This document shows, piece by piece, positions 7,287-17,468 of a stretch of 23,801 nt of DNA (positions within the stretch are counted from its first letter, which is position 1; each line of letters starts with the position of its first letter). The notes under the pieces are model-generated. The model saw only the letters and a list, made by a program, of their open reading frames with translations, ran no database searches and had not been told where the DNA came from. The stretch is from IMG/VR virus record IMGVR_UViG_3300028195_000021; one strand, given 5' to 3'. This DNA is from a virus. The position numbers and the translations under genes were made by a program.

Positions 7287-8360
7287 TTAGAAGTCTAATC
7301 TGACTTTTACTGTTGCTTCTCTTGAGGGTGTTTTTAAGAATGGTTTGGAAAGTTTAGCGACTGCTAATAATTCATCTGTACCATTATACAAACCAACTGT
7401 AGTTACATAAGAACGAGGATCGGTTAAGAAATTAGGATTAGTTAAATCTCCATTACTTCCTGTAAAATATGTTGGATTTTGACTATAATTAAACATATTG
7501 TTTTTAACTCTACAGAAATAATGAGTTGATTTAATTTCTTCTTCACGTCTTGCTTGAAAATATCCCGTACCAGATGAATCTGATTTAAATGCTTTAAACA
7601 ACTTACTATGATTAAAGTCATCCGCGTTATCTGAATATGCAGTTCCTAAACTTACACCACTTACCGTGCCTGCGGCTTCTGCTGGTGCATCATCTAAGAG
7701 TTTTCTATCAAGATAAATCACACCTAAATATGGATAGAATCTACCATAATATTTCTTAGTAGTTCCAGTACTATATCGGTATGCGGATGCTCCACCTTGA
7801 ATTGAACCAGACACTACATTAAAATATGTAGATGCCTTTCCAGTTTCAGGGTTTGTAGTTGCATCACTATCATCAATTAGGCTTAATCCTTCAGCACCAG
7901 CTGGCGTTCGTAAATCTATTTGCCAGTTACCTGGATCCATTTTCTCTCTCATTCGGGCTCTTGCCACACTAAGAAAATATCCATCAGTAGAACTTGATTC
8001 TGCTCCCGTTGCCCCAATTTTAAAATATGTTTGGGATGGGGGAAGTATCAGATTCTTAAATTGTCTATAAATTGCCTGACTTGGATTATTACCTGATTGA
8101 GCATTCTTTGAACCACTTCCTGCGAAGTGTCCGTAAGCAATACTAAATTGTACCTCTGATGTAGTTGAAGATGTTACTTCGTTGTGAATATCTAAATAAT
8201 ATTCACCACTGCTTCCACTTTGTAAGGATGATGTAAACATCCCTGCTGTTGTGGATGTAGCATCTAATTTAATTGCTCCACCAGACCACATTCCAGTAGA
8301 TACCGTTGATGTTGTTTCTTGTACATCACTTTGGCCGTCGAATTCAACAAATACTGCCAT
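7287..8360 (-). CDS. Virion tail/baseplate protein, paralog of 6162-7274
   Basis: C-terminal YVTTVGLYNGTDELLAVAKLSKPFLK...VKVRLDF. It shares LIDD/LVDD and G.FY...G.I motifs with the neighbour. AGGAG RBS. Confidence 0.6.
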   Translation of the reverse strand: MAVFVEFDGQSDVQETTSTVSTGMWSGGAIKLDATSTTAGMFTSSLQSGSSGEYYLDIHNEVTSSTTSEVQFSIAYGHFAGSGSKNAQSGNNPSQAIYRQFKNLILPPSQTYFKIGATGAESSSTDGYFLSVARARMREKMDPGNWQIDLRTPAGAEGLSLIDDSDATTNPETGKASTYFNVVSGSIQGGASAYRYSTGTTKKYYGRFYPYLGVIYLDRKLLDDAPAEAAGTVSGVSLGTAYSDNADDFNHSKLFKAFKSDSSGTGYFQARREEEIKSTHYFCRVKNNMFNYSQNPTYFTGSNGDLTNPNFLTDPRSYVTTVGLYNGTDELLAVAKLSKPFLKTPSREATVKVRLDF

Positions 8361-8416
8361 TTTTAACTCCTGTTATAATAATTTAATTTTTTTGTCATTA
8401 CCCTACTCAATATTTA

Positions 8417-9103
8417 CTATCTCTCTACTGGGTTTCTTGGCCCGGTCGTTTTACCAATTCCTTTACTTGATAATTTTGCCATAAGTGCTGCTGCTTTCTT
8501 TTTCGCTGCTGCTGCGGCGGCGGCTGCGGCTAATGCGGATGTTGTGGCTGCAGTTGCTACCGATGGGGATGCCTTTTTCTTTTTCTTTGGTGCAGGATCC
8601 TTACCTAGTCCTAGGTTTAGGTTGCCTAAATTACCCAAATTACCTAAATTAGCTAAATTCGATATTCCACCCGATCCAGCTAACTTCTTTAATGCGTCTG
8701 TATCTATCATATCCCTTATTTCCTTTATGTTGGAAGGTAGGGGTGGCTCCACTTCATCCATTATATCTGGAATATCCAGTATTTTTTCTTCTTCTATTAA
8801 GTCAAGTTTTTCTATAATTTTTTCTTCTTTTATTATTTCTATAAGTTCCTCTGGTACTTGATTTGGGTTAAAGGTTTCTACAATTTGTCCACTTTCACTT
8901 AATGTAACCGCCCCACTATTACTCTGTATTGGTGCGTGTCTCCTACCCGCCTTAATTTTTAATTTAACTTTTGTTTCTTTACCAGTTTTTGAACCTTGTA
9001 AAGTTACATATACTTCTCTTTCAACAAAAGAATTTTTATCTGTTGGAACATTGGGTTTAAGAAATATTCCTATTTTTCTTCCTTGTTTTACTGATAATGG
9101 CAT
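8417..9103 (-). CDS. Hypothetical protein with structural-protein-like N-terminus and low-complexity C-terminal tail
   Basis: AGGAGG RBS. N-terminal VYVTLQGSKTGKETKVKLKI resembles the C-terminus of 9623-10318. Followed by acidic, NLG-repeat, poly-Lys and poly-Ala tracts. Confidence 0.75.
   Translation of the reverse strand: MPLSVKQGRKIGIFLKPNVPTDKNSFVEREVYVTLQGSKTGKETKVKLKIKAGRRHAPIQSNSGAVTLSESGQIVETFNPNQVPEELIEIIKEEKIIEKLDLIEEEKILDIPDIMDEVEPPLPSNIKEIRDMIDTDALKKLAGSGGISNLANLGNLGNLGNLNLGLGKDPAPKKKKKASPSVATAATTSALAAAAAAAAAKKKAAALMAKLSSKGIGKTTGPRNPVER
8622..8657. repeat. Imperfect 9-bp tandem repeat x4 encoding NLA/NLG units
   Basis: ttgcctaaa-ttacccaaa-ttacctaaa-ttagctaaa within the 228-aa ORF. 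Confidence 0.85.
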
Positions 9104-9118
9104 TTTATTATTGTCCTC

Positions 9119-9616
9119 CTAAGTAGGCCTTTTCTCGGATCGTACATACGGTGATGCTATCGTATCTCCTTCAACAAATATATCAACAAAAGAATCATCA
9201 CTCAAAGTTATTGTATAGTTTTCATTTCCACCTAAATTTAATGTTTCGGGTGAAAGAACTATATTTGATAATGCACCTTCTAAATTTAATACATCGGGCA
9301 ATCCAGTAATTTCTTGCTCAAATCTACTCTGATTTATTTCACTTGTTAAAAGTGTTTTCATAGTAGAACTTGTTCCATCTTCTGTAGCTGCCGCTGTTCT
9401 TGTAAATGCCTCTAATACAGGCATTCCTAAAATAGAAGAATCAAAATAATCAGGACCCCGTGTATCAGTAACATTAAACATAGAATAATCCACTCCATCA
9501 TCAGATAGTGCAAATTTAACTATATTTAAATTGTCACCTTTAGATAAAAGTTGTCTACCTCTATCAGTTAATACGGCGTCTACAAATATTGCTTGGGATT
9601 TATCTAAAAAACTCAT
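9119..9616 (-). CDS. Virion structural protein, paralog of 9623-10318
   Basis: DAVLTDRGRQLLSKG...IVKFALSDDGVDY...MPVLEA aligns by eye with the neighbouring gene. Confidence 0.65.
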   Translation of the reverse strand: MSFLDKSQAIFVDAVLTDRGRQLLSKGDNLNIVKFALSDDGVDYSMFNVTDTRGPDYFDSSILGMPVLEAFTRTAAATEDGTSSTMKTLLTSEINQSRFEQEITGLPDVLNLEGALSNIVLSPETLNLGGNENYTITLSDDSFVDIFVEGDTIASPYVRSEKRPT

Positions 9617-9622
9617 ATATTA

Positions 9623-10318
9623 TTAACTCGCTGACGTTACTGTTACAGTTATACTGGCTGTTGCACCACTTGTTCTACCTCTAACTATCAATGTAGTTTT
9701 AGCGGGTGAAATCGTGGAACTAATTGCCTTACACTTAATATTAATAGTATCTCCCTTTTCCCTGGTAGTAATAGTTTGAGAACTTCTAAATTTTGTTCTT
9801 GACTCACTATTAAATCCACCTGAATCCGTTTCGTCACCATTAAGATATAAGAATGCTACATTGGTATTCAATAAAGTATAAGAATACGTTTCCGCCTGTT
9901 TTAAATTTTCAGTTGTTGGATTTATAGTAACTGCTGTTCTTGTTCCTCTACCATCATTACCTGTTTGGTTAAATGATAATGAAATACCATTATTTACTTG
10001 GTCTTCTATACCACTCAAATATGCCATTTGAGTTGGGTCTGGTGAACCTTGTAAATGTGTAGTATCTGCAAGAATTTTAAACTTCATAACTGACGCTTCG
10101 TTAGTTACAGCCTCCAAAATTGGCATATTTTCCAATACTGCCCCATAATAATCTGAACCAGATGGGTGTCCTGGATTCCATAAGGTATAATCTATTTCAT
10201 CATCACCTAATGCGAATTTTGTTATATTGAAGCTACCATCACCCTTAGCTAACAACTCACGACCTTTTGTTGTTAGAATAGCATCTAATACTTGTGTTGT
10301 TTTGTTTAAATATCCCAT
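9623..10318 (-). CDS. Virion structural protein (tail/baseplate associated)
   Basis: DAILTTKGRELLAKG...ITKFALGDDEIDY resembles the N-terminal half of tail-collar fibre domains (LT..G...LA...IT..A.GD). Operon context supports a structural role. Confidence 0.65.
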   Translation of the reverse strand: MGYLNKTTQVLDAILTTKGRELLAKGDGSFNITKFALGDDEIDYTLWNPGHPSGSDYYGAVLENMPILEAVTNEASVMKFKILADTTHLQGSPDPTQMAYLSGIEDQVNNGISLSFNQTGNDGRGTRTAVTINPTTENLKQAETYSYTLLNTNVAFLYLNGDETDSGGFNSESRTKFRSSQTITTREKGDTINIKCKAISSTISPAKTTLIVRGRTSGATASITVTVTSAS

Positions 10319-10405
10319 ATATTAATTCCTGATTTTACTGTTTATTTCCATAGAAATACTTGAATTGTCTACGTGAAACCGTTTATTAAAAGTTAATCCT
10401 TCAAG

Positions 10406-10415
10406 TATAAATATT
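10406..10415 (-). promoter_or_regulatory. Putative phage late-promoter motif (AATATTTATA on the coding strand)
   Basis: Intergenic 10-mer identical to 6076-6085, about 87 nt upstream of the 10318 start. Confidence 0.45.
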
Positions 10416-10430
10416 AAGTTTTTAATTAAG

Positions 10431-13400
10431 TTAGTCATCTTTTGCAATATCCAATGTATCTGCTCCAGTATCTAATTCAGTTGTTAATTTAACATTTGCC
10501 GAATCAAAAGTAGTGGCAACATATGGATTGGTTAATACCATAGTAACTGCATCATAGACAATTTGACCACTTAAATCCTTAGAAGGTAGTGCAGTTTCTT
10601 TAGTATTTCTACATCCTACAAATTGTAATCGTTCTAATGCTAAAACATCATCCGCCTGATTTTCATAACTTGATGAATTAAACGATACTCCACTTGCACT
10701 TCCTTGTAAAAAATGTTCTTTAGTACTATAAGTAAATACTTTCTTTTTATTAAATTTAGATGTTCTCTGTTCGTCAATCATAGCAATACTTTCAGTAAAT
10801 ATTGAACTAACACCACCTTGACTCACATAACTTCCTGAAAAATCACTTCCATAACCTCTTGTCATATGTCCAAAACTCATTATTGAACCAAAATGACTTG
10901 CCTTTCTCTCTATATAATCCTCATAATATTTTAATTCGGCTAAATTATCACCACTCAATATTCCCATATATTCTATTTCATTCTCTATTACGGGATTTTC
11001 CCCATGTAATTCAAATACATCACTACCACTATTTCTCAATTTAGTTAATGTATCTTCAAATACTGGATATTCTCTAAAAGTTTTTTCTCGTGCAATTTTA
11101 TTACGTTCTAATATATTATTTTCAATCAATACACCTACGGTTGCTTTAGCTCTAGCAGGTATCAATTTCTTAACTTGACTGAAAACACTATGGTCGAAAT
11201 AATTTATTAATCTCAAATAATCCCAAAAATTATTACTTCCGTTATATTTTCTCCAATACTTATCTGCAGTTTGTTTCAATCCACCATACTTATCATAGGT
11301 TTCTCTTGCATTATCTCTTGGGTCACCTAATTTATCTTCTAAATCTAAATCTGATAAAGTAAAAATAATATCTTCATTAATAACATCAACTGGAGAGAAA
11401 TATATTCCTAATCTTTCTGAATCTTTTGTCTCTATTGAACCTACACTTTTCTCAACTCTGTATTTTGTTGATAAATTCAAACTACCTTTAAACTCATCTT
11501 TTAATTGTCGAGGTGAAATCCTTGCTTTATTTGCACTTCGTCTTATTCCACCAATTGTTGGTAATGGCATTTTCAATCTATCTACTACATTTGAATAATT
11601 GTTCTCACTTGCAAAACCTTTTGCAGACCCCGTATATGGATAATTAGAATTTGCTGCCGTATTCCTAATAGACTTCTCACTATCTGCTCCCGTTCCATGA
11701 TTTGTATCTTCATTAAAAGATAATCGTTGTACTAACTCGTTCATTGAACCTGTAAAATTGTTTCCTACAAAAGATTGTGGTGTTTCCACGTGTGTATCAA
11801 AATGTTGTTCATCTAATGGAGTACTCCACAATCTAAATTCCATCATTGAGCCACTCAATCGCATATTATCACTCGGCACTTCATGTACTGAGCCTGATAC
11901 AAATCCTCCGTGAGAAACGCCTCCGCCACCAACATATAAATCTCCATCTTGTTCCCAACTACCAGAATAAGATGCAGATGCTGCGTTTGATAAACCATCA
12001 ATAATAAGTGATTCACGAGTTTGGTATTGAATAACATCTCTACCCGCATCAAATTGTTTAGCAATCAAATCAAACTTTAATGCTCCAGTTCCTATTTGTC
12101 TTAACTCTCCTTTATCGAAATATATTGTTTGTCCGTTTGTTTCATTATCTAATCTCACACCAATAAATTTTGTTTGTGGGTGTGATATTTTTGCCCTAAC
12201 GGTATATTTTTCCCACTTAGTTCCTATTCCATATGATGCTGGATGTAATGCTCCATATCCCCAATTTTTCTTTTGAGATGGATAATATGTATAACTTTCT
12301 TCTAATATATTTCCTTTTTCACCCAACTCCATAATCCACATTTGCATATTAGCACCACCAGTTTTAGACCGTGCATAAACACTAAAATCAAATTCCTCGG
12401 CAAATGATGCGGATGCTACTCTTGCATCTCCATAAGTACTTACATTAGTACCATCATCATTATTTGTAAATGGATAAGTGTATGCCTCTCCACTTGACTT
12501 TGTATTTTTAAATCCTAAACTATAAAGACCATCAAAAATATAAGAACTTTGTGAAACAACTTCTAATGTTCCACCATCTCCTACCGATTCAAATGGTGTT
12601 TGTAAACTTCCTGTTTCAAAATTGTATGAACCTGTTACCATTCCTACAGAACCAGAATGTATTCTTGTAGAGAATATCTCATCATTAACCAATTCTTTCC
12701 GTAACATCACCGACCAATAATCACCATTAAAAAATGGTAGTGCAGAACTTGTAACTTCTTTAATTTCTTCAGCTGGTGCACCAGATGCCTGAGAGCCACT
12801 AAGTGAAAATACTATGGAGGCCATATTATCTACTGAACCATTATCTTTTAAATGTATTCCCCATCCAGCTTCACGGGAGCCTCTATCCATATGAACCAAC
12901 TGCATATTAGAACTTGATACTGCCTTAAATCTAAACTCAACTGTCTTTGGTTTCATACCAGTATCGGTAGAATCCTTCCACTTTGTATGAACATATTGCG
13001 ATGTTTTAAAATCTAACGCCTTTGAAAATCTACGAACTGCTTCATAGTTGGGATTAACTTCATTTTTAGTTGGGCCACCATATTCTCTTACTCGTAATAT
13101 TGTAGATGGAATACCATAACAAGTTATCAATCCTTTTAATGCCTTTAACGTTCCTTTAGCCTTTAAAAACAATGGCATATTTGTTAATATTCGTTTCCAT
13201 ACTTCCTTACTAACATCTCCCAATGGTACTGATGAAGAGGATGTTATAGTATTATCTTGAGCAACTAATTTACCAGTTGTATATTCATCTAATTGTACTA
13301 AATCATAACCATCATATAATTGCCAACCAAGAGATTTAGCTATCGTAGAAGCTAACTGTTTAGGTAATCCTTTAGTTAATGATTCTTCTCTATCATAAAT

Positions 13401-15926
13401 TGAGGGTAATTCATCAATATAATTTTTAATGTTATCAAAATGTTGTCCTAACATTTTTACTAATCTTAAAAATACTTCATTTTCACTATCTCGTGATATA
13501 TGTTCAGGCATATGATAAATTAAATAATCTCTATTATAATAATCATAATTTGATGCACTTACTTTTTGATTTTCATACCAAGTATCTGCTACAGATTGTG
13601 TTGAATGATATAGAACATATGGTTTTGAAGTATTCTGTTTGGGCCAAGTAGCATCAAAATGCATTCCAAAACTACTTGTGGTAAAAGAAGCACTTTCATA
13701 ATAAAGATATTTCTCATACCCATCAAAATTATTCTTTAATTCATCTATTTGTAATTCTAATGAATCTAATTTTTGTTGAGAACCAGTCACTACCGTGTTA
13801 GGATCATTTCCTAATGCTCCCGAGCCTGTATATAATCCACTAATAGAAGAACTTTCTTGTTCGTATCCTTCAAGTTTTTCTAACTTATATTTAAAATTTG
13901 ATAATCTTTTTTCAGCTGAACTAAAATGTACAAAATTATCATACTCCGAATAATCAACATTTAATTCTGTTTCATTTATACTACCACTAATTACTTTATT
14001 TATAATATCCCTATAAAGAGAACTACTTTGAAAAGATAATTCTGACCAATTTTTATATTCAGTTGTGACTGGCTGTATTTGTTCTGATACTCCATCCGAA
14101 GTAGGGGGCAATAATATAGTTGAGGGTAATGGAGTCTCTATCCAAGGAATTAACTCTACACCAAAACTCTTATTAGGTATTACTTCTTCTACTATTTGAC
14201 AAGTACTTCCTATATTATATCGTTCTGGTAACGGTTGATATAATTTTAAAATTCCTGCGTGTCCGCCATTTTTATTATTAACTATTAAACTTCTATAACC
14301 ATCCCTAAAATACATATATGTTCTAAGATTACTCACAGTAGATTTATTTGTTATAAAAAACATTGGTCTATCTATATAAACTGTATCACTGGTTGGTGCT
14401 TCGAATAAAAATAAACCATTTCTTTTAGCGTAGTCTTTTGGTGTTTCTTCTAATACTATTCTATTAAGAAACTCTCCGTCATAACTAACACTTGAAATTT
14501 TTCCTGTATAATCAGCGTATCTTTTTACTTCTTCAAAAGTTGTTACTGTGTCTTGTCTTGCTTGTAAATCTCCTAAATTATAATCATCCGTCATATAAAA
14601 ATAACCTGCTAAATCATTTACAGTACCATCTAAAGCACCCCAATCACTAATATAATTCCCAATCTGGGTTTCTGTTATAGTACTAGCGGCACTTGCTAAG
14701 ATACCATAATCATCCCAATTCATAGTCAGACCATTAATATCTTTAAATTTTCTTAATACGTCTCTATTTTTAATCCACCACTCTTGAGCCCTATTATGAT
14801 ATTCTACCTCTACGGAGTTATCATGATCCCTTGCTTCGTGCTGCAATTCTTCCCACATATCAATGATAGGAGTTATATGGTTCTGTTGAATTGCCTGTTT
14901 TAAAGACATTCCAACAATCAACACATTACTTAAAAACTCCCCTGATGCATCTTGTTGTAATACACCAAGATTAGGAAGCCAAGAATCTGCAGCTCCATCA
15001 TATATCCATTGTGCCAAATCACTAATTGTTCCTGTTTGAGATCCCACGGGTGGTATGAGTGGTCTTGCCTCTACTTCAGTTTTCGTTACAATTTCTGTCT
15101 TTGGTACTTGTTCAACGGTGGTAACAAACATATCTCGTAATATAACATTGGTAGTTCCTTCAACATAAAATTTATCAAATTGTTCTCGTGTAACTACGTT
15201 GGTGGGGGAAGCCGTACCAAACTCTATAGAATTATCGCCGTGTGCTATTTGTCCAGACCTTACTCCTATTCCAGATGTACCAAAATTTTGTTCTGTTATT
15301 AGGTCTATATCGTCTATCTTAAGTGAGTTTGGGCTTTGAGTTCTTAAATAATATGTATAAGTTGGATTAAATAATAAATCTGTTTCTTCTAAATACTTTT
15401 CATTAGTAATATCTACATTGGGTGATATAATAACTTCATCTCGTAACGTTGAGATATTATTAATTTCTAATCCTGCATCAACCGAACCCAATATGGTGGT
15501 CTCATCTAACACATCCTTATATATATTACCATCTTCTGTAGTTGTAGTGGGGCCAGAATAAAATTCACCGCTTAGATCAATTGAACGAGCACCTGGTAAT
15601 CCACTTTTTCTTCTTAAAAATTCATATTGTACATTATAAGTTCCTTGATCGAATCCAAGTGTTCTTAAATGATTACCAATATTAAAGATAACTTTACCGT
15701 CTGAATCTAAATCAAATGCAGTAGATTTAAATGTTTGTGATAATAAAATCTCTGTACCACCAGAATCTATAACTTTAATTATTGCAAAATCATTTAAAAT
15801 CGGTTGGCCACCTACTATAAGTAAATCTGTAACAGAAGTACCAAATCCAGTAGTGTTAGTTCCACCCGATGTGACTTTACCTTGAGATAAATTTTGAAGA
15901 TCTTCTTGTAATAAAATACTTGACAT
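10431..15926 (-). CDS. Large baseplate wedge/tail protein (T4 gp7 or P2 gpI-like) with LamG-like and carbohydrate-binding-like domains
   Basis: LFLKAKGTLKALKGLITCYGIP motif (~13100-13170) typical of gpI/gp7-like wedge proteins. LamG-like KTVEFRFK...DLYVGG...LSGSMMEFRLWSTPL. Downstream of gp25 and gp6. Confidence 0.6.
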   Translation of the reverse strand: MSSILLQEDLQNLSQGKVTSGGTNTTGFGTSVTDLLIVGGQPILNDFAIIKVIDSGGTEILLSQTFKSTAFDLDSDGKVIFNIGNHLRTLGFDQGTYNVQYEFLRRKSGLPGARSIDLSGEFYSGPTTTTEDGNIYKDVLDETTILGSVDAGLEINNISTLRDEVIISPNVDITNEKYLEETDLLFNPTYTYYLRTQSPNSLKIDDIDLITEQNFGTSGIGVRSGQIAHGDNSIEFGTASPTNVVTREQFDKFYVEGTTNVILRDMFVTTVEQVPKTEIVTKTEVEARPLIPPVGSQTGTISDLAQWIYDGAADSWLPNLGVLQQDASGEFLSNVLIVGMSLKQAIQQNHITPIIDMWEELQHEARDHDNSVEVEYHNRAQEWWIKNRDVLRKFKDINGLTMNWDDYGILASAASTITETQIGNYISDWGALDGTVNDLAGYFYMTDDYNLGDLQARQDTVTTFEEVKRYADYTGKISSVSYDGEFLNRIVLEETPKDYAKRNGLFLFEAPTSDTVYIDRPMFFITNKSTVSNLRTYMYFRDGYRSLIVNNKNGGHAGILKLYQPLPERYNIGSTCQIVEEVIPNKSFGVELIPWIETPLPSTILLPPTSDGVSEQIQPVTTEYKNWSELSFQSSSLYRDIINKVISGSINETELNVDYSEYDNFVHFSSAEKRLSNFKYKLEKLEGYEQESSSISGLYTGSGALGNDPNTVVTGSQQKLDSLELQIDELKNNFDGYEKYLYYESASFTTSSFGMHFDATWPKQNTSKPYVLYHSTQSVADTWYENQKVSASNYDYYNRDYLIYHMPEHISRDSENEVFLRLVKMLGQHFDNIKNYIDELPSIYDREESLTKGLPKQLASTIAKSLGWQLYDGYDLVQLDEYTTGKLVAQDNTITSSSSVPLGDVSKEVWKRILTNMPLFLKAKGTLKALKGLITCYGIPSTILRVREYGGPTKNEVNPNYEAVRRFSKALDFKTSQYVHTKWKDSTDTGMKPKTVEFRFKAVSSSNMQLVHMDRGSREAGWGIHLKDNGSVDNMASIVFSLSGSQASGAPAEEIKEVTSSALPFFNGDYWSVMLRKELVNDEIFSTRIHSGSVGMVTGSYNFETGSLQTPFESVGDGGTLEVVSQSSYIFDGLYSLGFKNTKSSGEAYTYPFTNNDDGTNVSTYGDARVASASFAEEFDFSVYARSKTGGANMQMWIMELGEKGNILEESYTYYPSQKKNWGYGALHPASYGIGTKWEKYTVRAKISHPQTKFIGVRLDNETNGQTIYFDKGELRQIGTGALKFDLIAKQFDAGRDVIQYQTRESLIIDGLSNAASASYSGSWEQDGDLYVGGGGVSHGGFVSGSVHEVPSDNMRLSGSMMEFRLWSTPLDEQHFDTHVETPQSFVGNNFTGSMNELVQRLSFNEDTNHGTGADSEKSIRNTAANSNYPYTGSAKGFASENNYSNVVDRLKMPLPTIGGIRRSANKARISPRQLKDEFKGSLNLSTKYRVEKSVGSIETKDSERLGIYFSPVDVINEDIIFTLSDLDLEDKLGDPRDNARETYDKYGGLKQTADKYWRKYNGSNNFWDYLRLINYFDHSVFSQVKKLIPARAKATVGVLIENNILERNKIAREKTFREYPVFEDTLTKLRNSGSDVFELHGENPVIENEIEYMGILSGDNLAELKYYEDYIERKASHFGSIMSFGHMTRGYGSDFSGSYVSQGGVSSIFTESIAMIDEQRTSKFNKKKVFTYSTKEHFLQGSASGVSFNSSSYENQADDVLALERLQFVGCRNTKETALPSKDLSGQIVYDAVTMVLTNPYVATTFDSANVKLTTELDTGADTLDIAKDD

Positions 15927-16228
15927 TAGAAGTTTTCGAAGTCTGTATTAATATGTAATGGTATTAAATCTTCATCTATATCTGGTATAGTGTTTGGAAC
16001 TACAACCTTTTGCCAATTTGTATCAAAATTTTCTCCACTTCCAGAACCAAAAAATAATAATTGTCCTGAATCATTTTCTATCGTGGGATACTTTGTATCT
16101 TGTTGGCTAGTTTCTTCTATATAGTTATCAACATACGTCATCATTTTATCAAAATTATCAGAAAATTGTTTTTGTTTTAATGAACTATATAAAGGAACAT
16201 TAGGTAATTCACTTTGTTTATATGGCAT
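15926..16228 (-). CDS. Hypothetical protein
   Basis: 100-aa ORF coupled by TAATG stop/start overlaps on both sides. Confidence 0.75.
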   Translation of the reverse strand: MPYKQSELPNVPLYSSLKQKQFSDNFDKMMTYVDNYIEETSQQDTKYPTIENDSGQLLFFGSGSGENFDTNWQKVVVPNTIPDIDEDLIPLHINTDFENF

Positions 16229-17457
16229 TATTTCTCAACCTTGAATGTAAAGTCATTATCATGAATATCATTAATTTCTCCTATAGTCCCACTACCACTT
16301 ACAAATCTGTATAACACTTTGTAATACCTTTCTGCCTGTAATCCATTCATCCAAAGATTAAAGTAATGTCCAGATGAATCACAACTCACTGCAGTATATT
16401 GATCAAAAGGTATTATAGTTTCTTCGGTTAGTGCATCCTTAACAGAATAAAATAGAGTTCCACTTGGAAATGTAGTTACTTGTAATGCACGTGGTGTAGT
16501 TTCATAAGTTTTTGCAGGATATCTTTGCCTACCCGCTAATCTAAATTTTATTTTTGAATTTTCTTTATATGAATCTCTCATACCTTTCATATAAAAAACT
16601 ATATCGTCTAATTGAGAACCACTCATTAAAGTTAAAGCTGTAGAACCGGTCGAATATACAAAATCTTTCCAAACTACTTCTAACTTTGGTTGATAAATTG
16701 TATTCGTATCTCTTGAAAAGAATTTAAATTGTCCATATTCAGATGAATCTCCTTCGGGACAATTTGAATCTTCATTACCCACACTACCACTTCTCTTTAT
16801 AATAAACCCCTCATTTGGATAAGCTGAACTCGAATCAAGTAATATACTAATAGGTTCAGTAACATCCATTCTCATATCTGTACTACCATAATCAAAAGAT
16901 TGAGAAGCATATCTCAAACGTCCTAACTTTCCAGCACTTGCAGTCATGTGAGTTGAAGGATATTCTCCTAATAAATCCCAATTAACACTACCAGTGGTAT
17001 CAAAATCTCCATACCAAGTTCCACCTACATCATTACTACCACTTATCCATTGAGTGCCATCATTCTGTCCAACTCTATATCTCCAACTAACACCATCAGT
17101 AGTTTCTGGGTCATCGTGAAATGTACCTTCACCGGCTGTCCAAGATTGTGAAACAATGTGTGCATATAAAAGTTGTGAAGTTGAGGTCAATCCAGTAGAA
17201 CCAGCATCATAAAGATTTAAAAAATATGAAGCACTTGGTTCAGATTTATCATTACTTGGAATTAAACCATCCGAAATAAAATTTGAAATTTCTGTTAAAT
17301 CAAATTTAATTAAAGCTCGAGATACATTGATAACGGTAGCGCTATCATTCATATCTTTACGAACTTCTAATATTTCATCTAATCCAGTATTTCTACTTTG
17401 TGTTGCACTACCCTCATAAAGTGTAGCGTCTGCATCTGCGTATATAAAATAATGCAT
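16228..17457 (-). CDS. Putative baseplate-associated virion protein
   Basis: 409 aa with AGGAG RBS, between gp6 and the large wedge gene. DATLYEG...NTGLDEILEV N-terminus recalled from environmental myovirus baseplate clusters. Confidence 0.55.
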   Translation of the reverse strand: MHYFIYADADATLYEGSATQSRNTGLDEILEVRKDMNDSATVINVSRALIKFDLTEISNFISDGLIPSNDKSEPSASYFLNLYDAGSTGLTSTSQLLYAHIVSQSWTAGEGTFHDDPETTDGVSWRYRVGQNDGTQWISGSNDVGGTWYGDFDTTGSVNWDLLGEYPSTHMTASAGKLGRLRYASQSFDYGSTDMRMDVTEPISILLDSSSAYPNEGFIIKRSGSVGNEDSNCPEGDSSEYGQFKFFSRDTNTIYQPKLEVVWKDFVYSTGSTALTLMSGSQLDDIVFYMKGMRDSYKENSKIKFRLAGRQRYPAKTYETTPRALQVTTFPSGTLFYSVKDALTEETIIPFDQYTAVSCDSSGHYFNLWMNGLQAERYYKVLYRFVSGSGTIGEINDIHDNDFTFKVEK

Positions 17458-17468
17458 TTAATTATCTC

